Origin: an uncultured Clostridia bacterium
Lineage (GTDB): Bacteria; Bacillota; Clostridia; Christensenellales; Borkfalkiaceae
Assembly (NCBI GenBank): GCA_944376145.1
Contig: CALWBR010000027.1
Location: 1-54,237 of the forward strand
Direction: 5' to 3'
Length of the DNA stretch: 54,237 nucleotides
Below, piece after piece: positions 1 to 10,079 of this stretch. Numbering within the stretch: the stretch's first letter is position 1; each line of letters opens with the position of its first letter. The notes below the pieces were generated by a model. It was not told the DNA's origin and made no database searches. It saw only the letters and a program-made list of their open reading frames with translations. Made by a program: the position numbers and the translations under genes.

Positions 1-1168
<1,168 letters not shown>

Positions 1169-1254
1169 TCATTTTTTATAACAGAAGACGCCCTCCATGA
1201 TTGCGCGCAGAGATAAAAACAAATGCGGAGCCGCGCTTTGCCGCGGTAAACATT

Positions 1255-1312
1255 CGGTCGTCTCTCAAATCACGGAAATTTCTTTTATCTTTTTTAAAAG
1301 AAATTTCGCGGA
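1255..1312. repeat. Dispersed palindromic element (TCTCTCAAATCACGG family), copy 1
   Basis: CGGTCGTCTCTCAAATCACGGAAATTTCTTTTA..TAAAAGAAATTTCGCG; 18-bp exact match to the reverse complement near 52942-52959; similar to 47574-47632. Confidence 0.7.
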
Positions 1313-1879
1313 TCACGTGGTCACTTTGACCTGCGCATAGCGGATCACTTTTTCGCCCTTCTTATACCCTTTCAAAAACACTTCTTTGACGTAGCCGGGC
1401 TCGACGCCGTCCTGCGCGGGCTCGCTCATGATCGCCTCGCAAAAGGCGGGGTCAAACTCTTCGTCTTTGGGGTCGATCGCTTCGATGCCCTCTTCTTCCA
1501 AAAGCTTTTGGAAGGAACGCAGCACCATTTCGATGCCCTTTTTCGTGTTTTCGTCGCTGCAGCTGCCGAGCGCGCGCTCCAAATTGTCGCCGACGGGCAG
1601 CACCTTTAAAAGAATGTCTGCCTTGCCGTCCAGATACGCGTTGCGGCGGGTCTGTTCGTTGCGCTTGCGGAAGTTGTCGAACTCCGCGGCGGTGCGCATC
1701 CATTTATCCTTATAGTCGGCTGCCTGCGCGCGGGCTTCTTCCAGCTCCTTTTCGCGCTTTACCCGCTTTTCGCACTTCGCGTGCTTTTCGCACGTTTCGG
1801 CGCAGGGCGCGTTTTCGGCTTCCGCCTGCTCTTTCAGCGGCGCCTCCTCCGCCCGTTCCTGCTGCTTTTCTTCACTCAT
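1313..1879 (-). CDS. grpE: Nucleotide exchange factor GrpE
   Basis: AEFDNFRKR, LLPVxDNLERAL-like, FDP, GY..G.KVIRYAQVKV motifs; lies between hrcA and dnaK. Confidence 0.97.
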   Translation of the reverse strand: MSEEKQQERAEEAPLKEQAEAENAPCAETCEKHAKCEKRVKREKELEEARAQAADYKDKWMRTAAEFDNFRKRNEQTRRNAYLDGKADILLKVLPVGDNLERALGSCSDENTKKGIEMVLRSFQKLLEEEGIEAIDPKDEEFDPAFCEAIMSEPAQDGVEPGYVKEVFLKGYKKGEKVIRYAQVKVTT

Positions 1880-2936
1880 GGTCCTTTTTTTCCTCGCTGC
1901 CTTTTTTCTCTTTTTGTATGCCGCCGATCAGCTCTTCCAATGCCTTGCCCACGTTTTCGAGCACGGCGATGACTTTGGAGTAATCCATGCGGATGGGTCC
2001 GATCACCCCGTATGTGCCGAGGTTCTTTCCGCCTGCGGAATAGGTAGCCGTCACCACGGAACAATCTTCCGGCACGTCGGCGTCGTCCGTCGAACCGATC
2101 TTCACGTTGATCTGGATCTCGTCATCTTCGTCCCCGACGATCTCGGCGATCTTATCCTTACTGGAAATGACGGACAGAAAATTTTTGACATTGCCGATGT
2201 CCTCGTATTCGGGGTGGTTGAAGATCTTTTCGGGTCCGGCGAGCACGATATCCTCTTCGCGCGGACGGGCATAACTTTTGAGCGCCTCGATGACTTCCGC
2301 CATGACCTGCCGGTACTGCCCGAATTCGCCCAAAGCGGATGCCTCCACTTCCCGCGCTTCGGAGAGCGCCTTGCCACAAAAGAGCTTGCACAGCATGTGC
2401 GATACGTTGCCCACCTCGTCATCCGCCATGGATTCGGGGATGTCGATAAAATTGTCCCGCAAAATACGCGAGCCCGTGACGATGACCAGCAGCGCGCGCC
2501 CGTCCCCGCAGGGCAAGAGCGTCATGCTGCGGATGCGCTCTTCCTCCGCGTTCGGCCCGACCGCAACGGAGGTATAGTCGGTGAGCTCGCTGATGACGTT
2601 CGCCACGCTCTTGATGAGGTGCTCCACGTCGCCGGTCCGGTTGCTGAACGCGTCGCTGATGTAATCGAGATCCGCCACGGAGAGGTTGCCCCGCTGCATC
2701 AGCTCCTCAATGTAAAAGCGGTACGCCTGCGGCGAAGGCACCCTGCCGCCCGAGGTATGGAACTGCGTCAAATACCCCAGCTCCTCCAACGAAGCGAGCT
2801 CGTTGCGCACCGTCGCCGAGCTGACGTCTTTGAGGTGTTTTTCGGTGATCGCCTTGCTGGAAACGGGGACCGCCGAGTTGATATACTCATCCACAACAAT
2901 CTGCAAGATCCGCTTTTTCCTGTCGGACATCTTCAT
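1872..2936 (-). CDS. hrcA: Heat-inducible repressor HrcA
   Basis: IVVDEYINSAVPVSSK, SSATVRNE, HTSGGRVPS, GVIGPIRMDY; ATG 2936 after AGGAGG. Confidence 0.97.
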   Translation of the reverse strand: MKMSDRKKRILQIVVDEYINSAVPVSSKAITEKHLKDVSSATVRNELASLEELGYLTQFHTSGGRVPSPQAYRFYIEELMQRGNLSVADLDYISDAFSNRTGDVEHLIKSVANVISELTDYTSVAVGPNAEEERIRSMTLLPCGDGRALLVIVTGSRILRDNFIDIPESMADDEVGNVSHMLCKLFCGKALSEAREVEASALGEFGQYRQVMAEVIEALKSYARPREEDIVLAGPEKIFNHPEYEDIGNVKNFLSVISSKDKIAEIVGDEDDEIQINVKIGSTDDADVPEDCSVVTATYSAGGKNLGTYGVIGPIRMDYSKVIAVLENVGKALEELIGGIQKEKKGSEEKKDHE

Positions 2937-2974
2937 GGCGGTCACCTCCTTTTGGCACTTTTGTTTTTACAATG

Positions 2975-3001
2975 TTAGCACTCATCACATCAAAGTGCTA
3001 A
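2975..3001. promoter_or_regulatory. CIRCE element (HrcA operator)
   Basis: TTAGCACTC-N9-AAGTGCTAA, one mismatch to consensus, directly upstream of hrcA. Confidence 0.95.
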
Positions 3002-3005
3002 CGCT

Positions 3006-3034
3006 ATTATATTCCTATTCTTTCTCCTTGTCAA
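3006..3034 (-). promoter_or_regulatory. Sigma-A promoter of the hrcA operon
   Basis: TTGACA-N17-TATAAT on the minus strand. Confidence 0.9.
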
Positions 3035-3292
3035 GAGTTTTATGCCGCATTTTACAGAAATTTTTGCCTTAGCCACGCCAACGAAAACGGCGCCCCGCAG
3101 CGGAGCGCCGTTCCCGTATATCGGTAGGTCATTATAATGGAGTATGCAAAGCTGCCCGCGGCTACCCTGCCGCAAGAACGATGCCATTATAGCAGAGAAA
3201 TTTCCCTCAGACAAACAAAAATTAACCAATGTTAACAGATTTTCCGAAAAAATACCCCGCTTTTCAAGGCGCGGTATTCTGGTTACATGCCC

Positions 3293-4663
3293 CTACCGGG
3301 AGCGGGTGGAGCGGTCTTCGTTCCGTAAAGCATCCGTCTGCCCGTCTTCGACGGCGAGCTCGTCGATCGTGACGGCAGCCGTATGGGCGATGGGCTTCCA
3401 TTCCACTTTTTTGAAAAAGGCGACGAAGCCAATGGGGATATAGGTCGCCATAAACAGGGGGAAGGTAAAGAGGAGAAGGATCTTTTTAACAGGATTCCCC
3501 CGAATGTGCCGCCACTCCGTGACGCACACCGACGCCGCGATGATCAGCATCAAGCCCAACAGTATCGCCGTAGACTCCCCGACCATGACCAGTGCCATGA
3601 TCGCCGTCTGCGTATCCCCGATGCATGCCGCCACCACCGCACAGACGGGGAACCCGATCAGCATGAGCATCGTATAGATGAGCGCGGGGAAAATGGTCGT
3701 CAGGATATCGAAACAGGAGAAACTGCGGAAGCAGCGCGCGATCAGCTTACCGCCGCTCTTGCCGAACACCTGGTAAAAGCCCTTCGCCCAACGTTCGCGC
3801 TGCCGCCAAGCGGCTTTGAAGGTCTCCGGCTGTTCGTCGTACAGTTCCGCTTTGGGTGCGAAGCCGACCTTCCTGCCCGACAGCGCATACGTCGTGGAAC
3901 ACTCGATATCTTCGGTGAGGGTAAAAAAGTTCCAGTTATCGTACTCCTTCACCACGTCCGCAGCGATCAGAAAGCCCGTCCCCGAAATGGCGCAGGAGAG
4001 GTGAAAGAGCCTGCGGCAGTTGGAAAGGTGACGCGCTTCGTGCAAAAACCAATAACCGTACCCTGCCGTGATCCAATTTTTGCAAAAATTCTTTGTATTT
4101 CGGTACGAAGTGACCATCCGGTACCCGCTGTCAAAGGCACGATTCATCTCCGTGAGGAAATCCGCTTTGAGCAGGTTATCGGCGTCCACGATTATGTACG
4201 CTTCCGGCACGAGCGCCGCATACTGCGGGTCGGTGTGCAACTGTTCGAAAAACCAATGCAGCGCAAACCCTTTGCCGACGCGGGTAAGGTCGCTGCGTTC
4301 GAACACGATACAGCCGAGATCGCGGCAGATCTGCGCCGTATTATCCGTACAGTTGTCCGCAATGACGAATACGCTAAGCTTTTCGCGCGGGTAATCGCAC
4401 TTACGGATGCTTTGGATGAGGTTGCCGATGACGGCGCTCTCGTTACGGGCGGAGATAACGATACCGATCCGGTGCTGCTCTTTGGCAACATGTTTATCCT
4501 TAAAACGGACGAACGTACCGACGATCAGGTAGACGAACTGATGCAGATACATCAGGATAAAGAGCAAGCCAAGAACCTGTGCAACGATCCAGACGACTCC
4601 GTAAAAGGCGTTCGGAAATTCTAAAACACCGTTGTCCCGAAGCAGACGAACGATCAAATCCAT
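3293..4663 (-). CDS. Membrane GT2 glycosyltransferase (processive type)
   Basis: ARNE, DADN, TED and QRERW (QxxRW) motifs, N- and C-terminal TM segments; start uncertain (4663 or 4696). Confidence 0.9.
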   Translation of the reverse strand: MDLIVRLLRDNGVLEFPNAFYGVVWIVAQVLGLLFILMYLHQFVYLIVGTFVRFKDKHVAKEQHRIGIVISARNESAVIGNLIQSIRKCDYPREKLSVFVIADNCTDNTAQICRDLGCIVFERSDLTRVGKGFALHWFFEQLHTDPQYAALVPEAYIIVDADNLLKADFLTEMNRAFDSGYRMVTSYRNTKNFCKNWITAGYGYWFLHEARHLSNCRRLFHLSCAISGTGFLIAADVVKEYDNWNFFTLTEDIECSTTYALSGRKVGFAPKAELYDEQPETFKAAWRQRERWAKGFYQVFGKSGGKLIARCFRSFSCFDILTTIFPALIYTMLMLIGFPVCAVVAACIGDTQTAIMALVMVGESTAILLGLMLIIAASVCVTEWRHIRGNPVKKILLLFTFPLFMATYIPIGFVAFFKKVEWKPIAHTAAVTIDELAVEDGQTDALRNEDRSTRSR

Positions 4664-4723
4664 ACAAACGATCCTCTGATGTGATTGGGCAGCCATACGA
4701 AAAACGCCCTGCCGACAGCACAG

Positions 4724-4752
4724 AGTATACCGAATTTTTCACGCGCTGTCAA
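4724..4752 (-). promoter_or_regulatory. Sigma-A promoter for the GT2 gene
   Basis: TTGACA-N17-TATACT. Confidence 0.7.
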
Positions 4753-4759
4753 TCGATCT

Positions 4760-5557
4760 TTACAACTGTTTTTTCAATTCTTCAGCGATGGCGGTACCGG
4801 CGCTGGTTCCGATACGGGCGGCGCCGGCTTGGGCGAGTTTTTGTACGTCTTCCGCGGTACGCACCCCGCCCGACGCTTTGACGCCGCACACGTCGCCCGC
4901 GACCTGTTTGAGCGCCGCCACGTCCTCCACCGTCGCACCGCCGCCGAAGTACCCCGTGCTCGTTTTGAGGAACGCCGCCCCCGCGTCGCGCGCGGCTGCG
5001 GCGGCTTTGAGCATCTCCTCACGGGTCAAAAGCGACGTTTCGAGAATGGCTTTGACCGGGCGGCCCTTCGCCGCCTTTACGACCTTTTTGACCTCGCGCT
5101 TTACGTACCCGTAATTGCCGTTTTTGACGGCGGAGAGGCAGATGACCATGTCGATCTCGTTGGCGCCGTCCGAAACGGCGCGCTTTGTTTCGTACACCTT
5201 GGTCTCCGTCTTGTTCTCGCCCATGGGGAAGCCGACAACGCAGGCGATCTTCACCTCGGGCGCGCTTTTTAAAAACGCATGGCATGCGGCGACGTATACG
5301 GGCTGTACGCACACCGAGCAAAACCCGTATTCGCGCGCTTCCGCGCATAATTTTTTTATATCGTCGCGCGTGGCGGTCTGCCGCAGCAGCGTATGGTCGA
5401 TCATCCCGATGAGCTTATGCAGCTGCTCCAGCTTTTTTTCCTGTTTGTACGCCTCGAATTCACGGCGCTCCTTTTCCCCTGCCGTTTCGGGCGGCTGCGG
5501 TGCAGGCAGCGGCGCGGCGGGAGCTTCCTCCCGCGGTTGTTTTTTGATACCGAACAT
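4760..5557 (-). CDS. deoC: Deoxyribose-phosphate aldolase
   Basis: IDHTLL, VGFPMG, EIDMV, FLKTSTG, VKASGG, RIGTS. Confidence 0.96.
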   Translation of the reverse strand: MFGIKKQPREEAPAAPLPAPQPPETAGEKERREFEAYKQEKKLEQLHKLIGMIDHTLLRQTATRDDIKKLCAEAREYGFCSVCVQPVYVAACHAFLKSAPEVKIACVVGFPMGENKTETKVYETKRAVSDGANEIDMVICLSAVKNGNYGYVKREVKKVVKAAKGRPVKAILETSLLTREEMLKAAAAARDAGAAFLKTSTGYFGGGATVEDVAALKQVAGDVCGVKASGGVRTAEDVQKLAQAGAARIGTSAGTAIAEELKKQL

Positions 5558-5559
5558 GG

Positions 5560-6858
5560 TCACAGATCCTCCGCTCTGATATAGGTATGGACAAGTGCGG
5601 GCAATTCATACGCCCGCGGGTAAGAAAACGCTTCCGCGGCGCGGCTGCACGCCTCGTCGGCGTTTCCGCGGCTGTACACTTCGGCGACGGGCTCGCCCTT
5701 TTGCACGCGCTCGCCCGCATGTTTGCGCAGCAGGATGCCGACGGTATGATCCACGGCGTCCCCTTCGCGCTGCCTGCCGCCGCCGAGCAACAGGCATGCC
5801 TCGCCCAGCTTTTTGGCGGCGATGCGCAAAACGCCGCTCTTTTCGGCGCAAAGCACGCTCTTTTGCGGAGCGAGGGGCTGCAGCGACGGGTCGTGTACGG
5901 CGCGCGCGTCCCCGCCCTGCGCCGAAACGATCTGCGCCAGTTTTTGCAGCGCCGCACCGGAGGCGATCGTCTCTTCCACGCGCGCCCTTGCCTCCGCTTC
6001 GGGAAGAGAGAGCGCCGCCGCGGCAAGTTTTTCCGCCAAAAACAGGGAGAGGCGCGCGAGCGCGTTTTTCTTTCCGCCGAGCACGGCGATCGCCTCGCGG
6101 ACTTCGGCGTTGCAGCCGACCGCATCGCCTAACGGCGCGTCCATATTCGTGACCGCCGCCGCGACTTTCCGCCCCGCCCGCGCTCCGATGCGCACCATCA
6201 GCCGCGCGAGCCGCTCCGCCTGCGGCGCCGTACGCAAAAACGCGCCGTCGCCGTACTTGACGTCCAACAGGATGACATCCGCAAAAGAAGCGAGCTTTTT
6301 GCTCATGACGGAGGAGGCGATGAGCGGGATGCTGTCGACGGTGGCGGTCACGTCGCGCACGGCGTACATACGCTTGTCGGCGGGCACGGTATGCTCCGTC
6401 TGCCCGGCGATCGCCCCGCCGACGCGCGCGATCTGTTCGGCAAATTCCGCCGCCGACAAGCCGACGCGCAGCCCCGAAAAACTTTCGAGCTTATCGAGCG
6501 TGCCGCCCGTATGCCCCAGCCCCCTGCCCGAATACTTGGCGCACTTCACGCCGAGGCTGCACAAGACGGGAACGAGGATGAGCGTGGTGGAATCGGAAAC
6601 ACCGCCCGTGGAATGTTTATCGGCGATCACGCCGGGCACGGGCGGGCGCGCGGGCGTCTCCCCGCTCTTTGCCATGGCGTCGGTGAGCAAAAAACACTCC
6701 TCGTCCGTCATCCCGTTCAACAGCACCGCCATGCAAAACGCGGCGATCTGCGCGTCGGAGGCGCGTCCCTGTGCCACCGCGCGCACGAAAAAGCGGATCT
6801 GCTCCTCCGTCAGCACGCGTCTCTTCTTTTTTGCGTCGATGACCTCATAGACCGTCAT
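5560..6858 (-). CDS. pdp: Pyrimidine-nucleoside/thymidine phosphorylase
   Basis: DKHSTGGV, SGRGLGHTGGTLDKLES, SSVMSKK; real start is MTVYEVI at 6858, not the track start 7167. Confidence 0.95.
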   Translation of the reverse strand: MTVYEVIDAKKKRRVLTEEQIRFFVRAVAQGRASDAQIAAFCMAVLLNGMTDEECFLLTDAMAKSGETPARPPVPGVIADKHSTGGVSDSTTLILVPVLCSLGVKCAKYSGRGLGHTGGTLDKLESFSGLRVGLSAAEFAEQIARVGGAIAGQTEHTVPADKRMYAVRDVTATVDSIPLIASSVMSKKLASFADVILLDVKYGDGAFLRTAPQAERLARLMVRIGARAGRKVAAAVTNMDAPLGDAVGCNAEVREAIAVLGGKKNALARLSLFLAEKLAAAALSLPEAEARARVEETIASGAALQKLAQIVSAQGGDARAVHDPSLQPLAPQKSVLCAEKSGVLRIAAKKLGEACLLLGGGRQREGDAVDHTVGILLRKHAGERVQKGEPVAEVYSRGNADEACSRAAEAFSYPRAYELPALVHTYIRAEDL

Positions 6859-6951
6859 TCGCCCAAAACCTCCCGCTTCCGCCAAACGCCGCGCATTTTC
6901 CCCCGCCGCCGCATGATACAATGCATGCCGACACGCAAAAGGAGGCGCTCC

Positions 6952-7200
6952 ATGCACACCATCCTCGCAAGCACGCTGATCGGCGGGCTGTACCTCGCCG
7001 TCTTGTTCGCGCTCTGCTTCGGGACCGTCGTCGGCGGCAAACTGCTGCGGCGGTACCTGCGCGAACGCAAAAAACCGCCCGCGCCGCCCCCGGCGGCGCA
7101 GGATCCGCCCCCGCCCAAAAAAGTCTACTACCTCGTGGAAAAAAAGCGGGTCGCGCCCAAAGCGCAATACGGCAAGCCGAAGGAGATCGACTTCAAATAA
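6952..7200 (+). CDS. Small single-TM protein with Pro-rich linker (82 aa)
   Basis: AAAAGGAGG RBS before ATG 6952; hydrophobic N-terminus; fills the gap between pdp and rsfS. Confidence 0.75.
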   Translation: MHTILASTLIGGLYLAVLFALCFGTVVGGKLLRRYLRERKKPPAPPPAAQDPPPPKKVYYLVEKKRVAPKAQYGKPKEIDFK

Positions 7201-7209
7201 CGAGCGCCG

Positions 7210-7557
7210 TCAGCCTTCGGACCGCCTTATGTTCTCCCCTTCGCCCCAAAGGCGCTCAAGGTGATAAAACAGGCGCGTTTCGTCGTTAAAAATGTGGACG
7301 ATCACGTCGCCGTAATCGAGCACGCCCCAGCGCCCGTCGCGCACGCCCTCGGTGCGCAGCGGCTCCTTCCCTTCCTTGGAAAGGTGCTCTTCGAGGTTTT
7401 CGCACAGCGTGCGCACCTGGGTGGTGTTCCTGCCGCTGGCGATGATGAAACAGTCGCACAGCGTCGTCTTTTCGCGCACGTCGGCGACGACGATGTCCTC
7501 CGCCTTTTTGGAGGAGAGGAAGGTGCAGATCGCATCCGTCAATTGTTTTGTATCCAT
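7210..7557 (-). CDS. rsfS: Ribosome silencing factor
   Basis: KKAEDI, DCFIIASG, EG..W..LDYGDVIVHIF, FYHLERLW. Confidence 0.95.
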   Translation of the reverse strand: MDTKQLTDAICTFLSSKKAEDIVVADVREKTTLCDCFIIASGRNTTQVRTLCENLEEHLSKEGKEPLRTEGVRDGRWGVLDYGDVIVHIFNDETRLFYHLERLWGEGENIRRSEG

Positions 7558-7598
7558 TTTGTATCCTTTTTGCGCGCCGCGCAGATTTTTTTCTTGCT

Positions 7599-8744
7599 TT
7601 ACCCGTTCTTTTTCGCGGCGTGCAGCCGCGTATAGTAATCGTACGCCTGCAAGGTGAGCGGGCAGACCTCGCCCCCGCTCTTTTTCAGGTATTTGACCTG
7701 GTGTTTCAGGCAGCGGTACATGCACTCGTCCAAGCTCTCTTCCGCCAGGCAGGCGCGCAGCTTTTGTACGTGCGGAAAGTCGCGCCCCGCTTCGAGCATA
7801 TCGGCAAGAAACACGATCTTTTCCGCCGTGCCCATGTTCGGACGCCCCGTGGTATGGTAGCGGATCGCATCCAGCACCTCCGCGTCCTGTACGCCGAAGG
7901 TATGCTCCGCCAAATACGCGCCCGTAAACTGGTGCAGCACCGGCGCGGGGATCCCTTCGGGCGGAACGAACCCCGCAAGCTCGGGAGCGGTAAGGGGCAA
8001 ATTCTTCGCCGCGTCGTGCATCGCCGCCGCCTGTACGAGCTTCCCTTCCGGGCAGCCGTTCCGCCTGGCAAGTTCCGCCGCGAGCAGCGCCACGCGCACC
8101 GTGTGCTTCCGCCTTGCCGTCTTCAGATATTTCAGCGCGGCTTTCACGCCGTCTATGCGATAGAGCTCGCGCGCCTCGATGTATTCGATCACCCCTTCGG
8201 GCAGGAACGGGCGCACGTCCTCGCCCAACGCGCACAGCACGCGCGCCTTGGTCGAAGAGATATCCCGCCCCGTGTAGGGCAAAAGGCGGAAACGCTTTTT
8301 GAACTTCATCGCAAAGCGCAGCTGTTCCCCTTTTAGAGGCGCGTCCCCTTCGCGGTAGCACACGACGAGCTCGGCAAGGGAGAGAATGGTCTCCGGTTCC
8401 CGCCAGGTGTAAAAATCGCGCAGCATGTCTGACCCGACGAGCAAAAACAGCTCCGCCTCGGGATAGCGGCGGCGGAAGTAGCCGAGGGTAAGATACGTAT
8501 AGCTGACCCCTCCCGCGTTGCACTCGTACGCGCTGACTTCGCCGTTTTTTATCCCGGAAAAGGCGATGCGCGCCATCGCCAGCCTATCCTCCGCGGAAGC
8601 CGCCGCCCCGTGTTTGTGCGGCGCGAGATATGCCGGGACGGCGATGAATTTATCCGCCCCCAGCGCCTCCTGCGCGGCGCGCGCCATATTCACATGCTCG
8701 GCATGCACGGGGTCGAACGACCCGCCGAAGATCGCGATCTTCAT
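7599..8744 (-). CDS. nadD: NadD adenylyltransferase fused to a YqeK-like HD hydrolase
   Basis: GGSFDPVHAEH, ISST, then HD domain (RxxHT, HDAAK, AIRYHTTG, FLADMLE). Confidence 0.93.
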   Translation of the reverse strand: MKIAIFGGSFDPVHAEHVNMARAAQEALGADKFIAVPAYLAPHKHGAAASAEDRLAMARIAFSGIKNGEVSAYECNAGGVSYTYLTLGYFRRRYPEAELFLLVGSDMLRDFYTWREPETILSLAELVVCYREGDAPLKGEQLRFAMKFKKRFRLLPYTGRDISSTKARVLCALGEDVRPFLPEGVIEYIEARELYRIDGVKAALKYLKTARRKHTVRVALLAAELARRNGCPEGKLVQAAAMHDAAKNLPLTAPELAGFVPPEGIPAPVLHQFTGAYLAEHTFGVQDAEVLDAIRYHTTGRPNMGTAEKIVFLADMLEAGRDFPHVQKLRACLAEESLDECMYRCLKHQVKYLKKSGGEVCPLTLQAYDYYTRLHAAKKNG

Positions 8745-8945
8745 CCTCTTTCGCCCTGCCTCCCTCTGCTCGCTCTACTATTTATAGGGAGAGTGCCCGC
8801 CGCCTATACCTGCGGAAAGCGCTTTTTGTATTTGCATCCAGTATACCACAACTTTTCCGCGCTGACAAGGTTTAAAAAAGAGTTCGTACGGGAAAAATCA
8901 AGCAGCGCGCCCATACGGCGCAGTTCGCAGCCTGCGGGGGATGCA

Positions 8946-9728
8946 ATGAAAAAGATCGACCTGCCGCTTTGGTCGGATACGCTGTGCCTGTTTTTTTGCC
9001 TGTTGCTCTTTTTTTTCGCCGTGTTCCGTTTTTCGCTGCCGCTATGGGCGGCGGCGCTGCTCGCCGCGGCGGCTTCCGCCGCCGCGGCGGTCCTGCTGTT
9101 CCTGTTTTTACAGGCAAGACGGAAAGCACGGCACACGGGCGAACGGGAAAAAACCGCCGCCCGCAAACTCGCCTTCCATTTGGCGATGTCGCCCCCGGAA
9201 GAAAACGCGGCGCTGCTCGCCGCCTGCCTCAATGCCGCCGCGGCGAAAAACGAGCGCGGCGAAGCCGCGCCCGCCGCGTACCGCGCCGTCCATGACGGCG
9301 TGATCGGTGCAGACGAGCAGGCATTCGTGCGGTTCCGCTTCGAAAAGGTGACGGCGGACGAGCTCTCCCCCATCCTGCGCAGCCCCGCCGCGCACAAGGC
9401 GGTGTACGCCTCCGCCTTTACCGACGAGGCAAAAAAACTCGCCGACGCCTTCGGGCTGCGGCTCGTCGATGCGGCGGAAATGTACGCGCTTGTACAAGAC
9501 TGCGGGCAAATGCCCGACCCGCTTCTCGCGCCGCCCGCGAAAAAAGAGGGCGCGCTGCACAAACTGCGGCAGCACCTGCACCGACGCTACTGGCGCGGCT
9601 ACGCCTTTGCGGGGGTCTCGCTGCTGCTGTTTTCGCTGCTGACCATCTTTCCCGTCTACTACATCGTTACGGGCAGCCTTCTGTTGGCGGCGGCGCTGCT
9701 CCTTCGCTTTTTCGGAAAAAAAGACTGA
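8946..9728 (+). CDS. Membrane protein with a central degenerate Mrr-like segment
   Basis: Two N-terminal and two C-terminal hydrophobic helices; SAFTDEAKKLA..GLRLVD resembles the Mrr_cat C-terminus. Confidence 0.7.
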   Translation: MKKIDLPLWSDTLCLFFCLLLFFFAVFRFSLPLWAAALLAAAASAAAAVLLFLFLQARRKARHTGEREKTAARKLAFHLAMSPPEENAALLAACLNAAAAKNERGEAAPAAYRAVHDGVIGADEQAFVRFRFEKVTADELSPILRSPAAHKAVYASAFTDEAKKLADAFGLRLVDAAEMYALVQDCGQMPDPLLAPPAKKEGALHKLRQHLHRRYWRGYAFAGVSLLLFSLLTIFPVYYIVTGSLLLAAALLLRFFGKKD

Positions 9729-9731
9729 AAC

Positions 9732-9761
9732 GGCAGCCCCGCGCCGCGGCGCGGGGCTGCC
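9732..9761. terminator. Hairpin between convergent genes
   Basis: GGCAGCCCCGCGCC-GC-GGCGCGGGGCTGCC. Confidence 0.7.
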
Positions 9762-9767
9762 TTCGTT

Positions 9768-10073
9768 TTAAAAGACGATGTGTTCGAAATTTTTACGGGA
9801 AGAGCGGCGGTACAGGATGATCTTTCTGCCGATGACGGCGACGCACTCCGCCGAAAGGCGGGCGGCAAGTTCGTCCCCTAAGCTGCGCGCATCTTCTTCG
9901 GCGTTGGTGAGCACGTTGATCTTGATCAGTTCCCGCGCTTCAAGCGCTTCCGAAAACGAGCGGAGCTGGTTCTCGCTCATGCCTCCCTTGCCCAGCTGCC
10001 CGACGGGCGAAATGTTTGCCGCCAGGCTCTTTAAATGGCTCCTCTGTTTGCTTGTCATACCTTCCTCCTGCAT
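9768..10073 (-). CDS. yhbY: YhbY/CRM RNA-binding protein
   Basis: TSKQRSHLKSLA, GKGG, ELIKI, IGRKIILYR; directly after obg. Confidence 0.93.
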   Translation of the reverse strand: MQEEGMTSKQRSHLKSLAANISPVGQLGKGGMSENQLRSFSEALEARELIKINVLTNAEEDARSLGDELAARLSAECVAVIGRKIILYRRSSRKNFEHIVF

Positions 10074-10079
10074 CCCGCA

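Noticed and set aside
2952-2960. Second CIRCE (TTGGCACTT)
   Set aside because: Only a half-site, with no matching arm at N9 spacing
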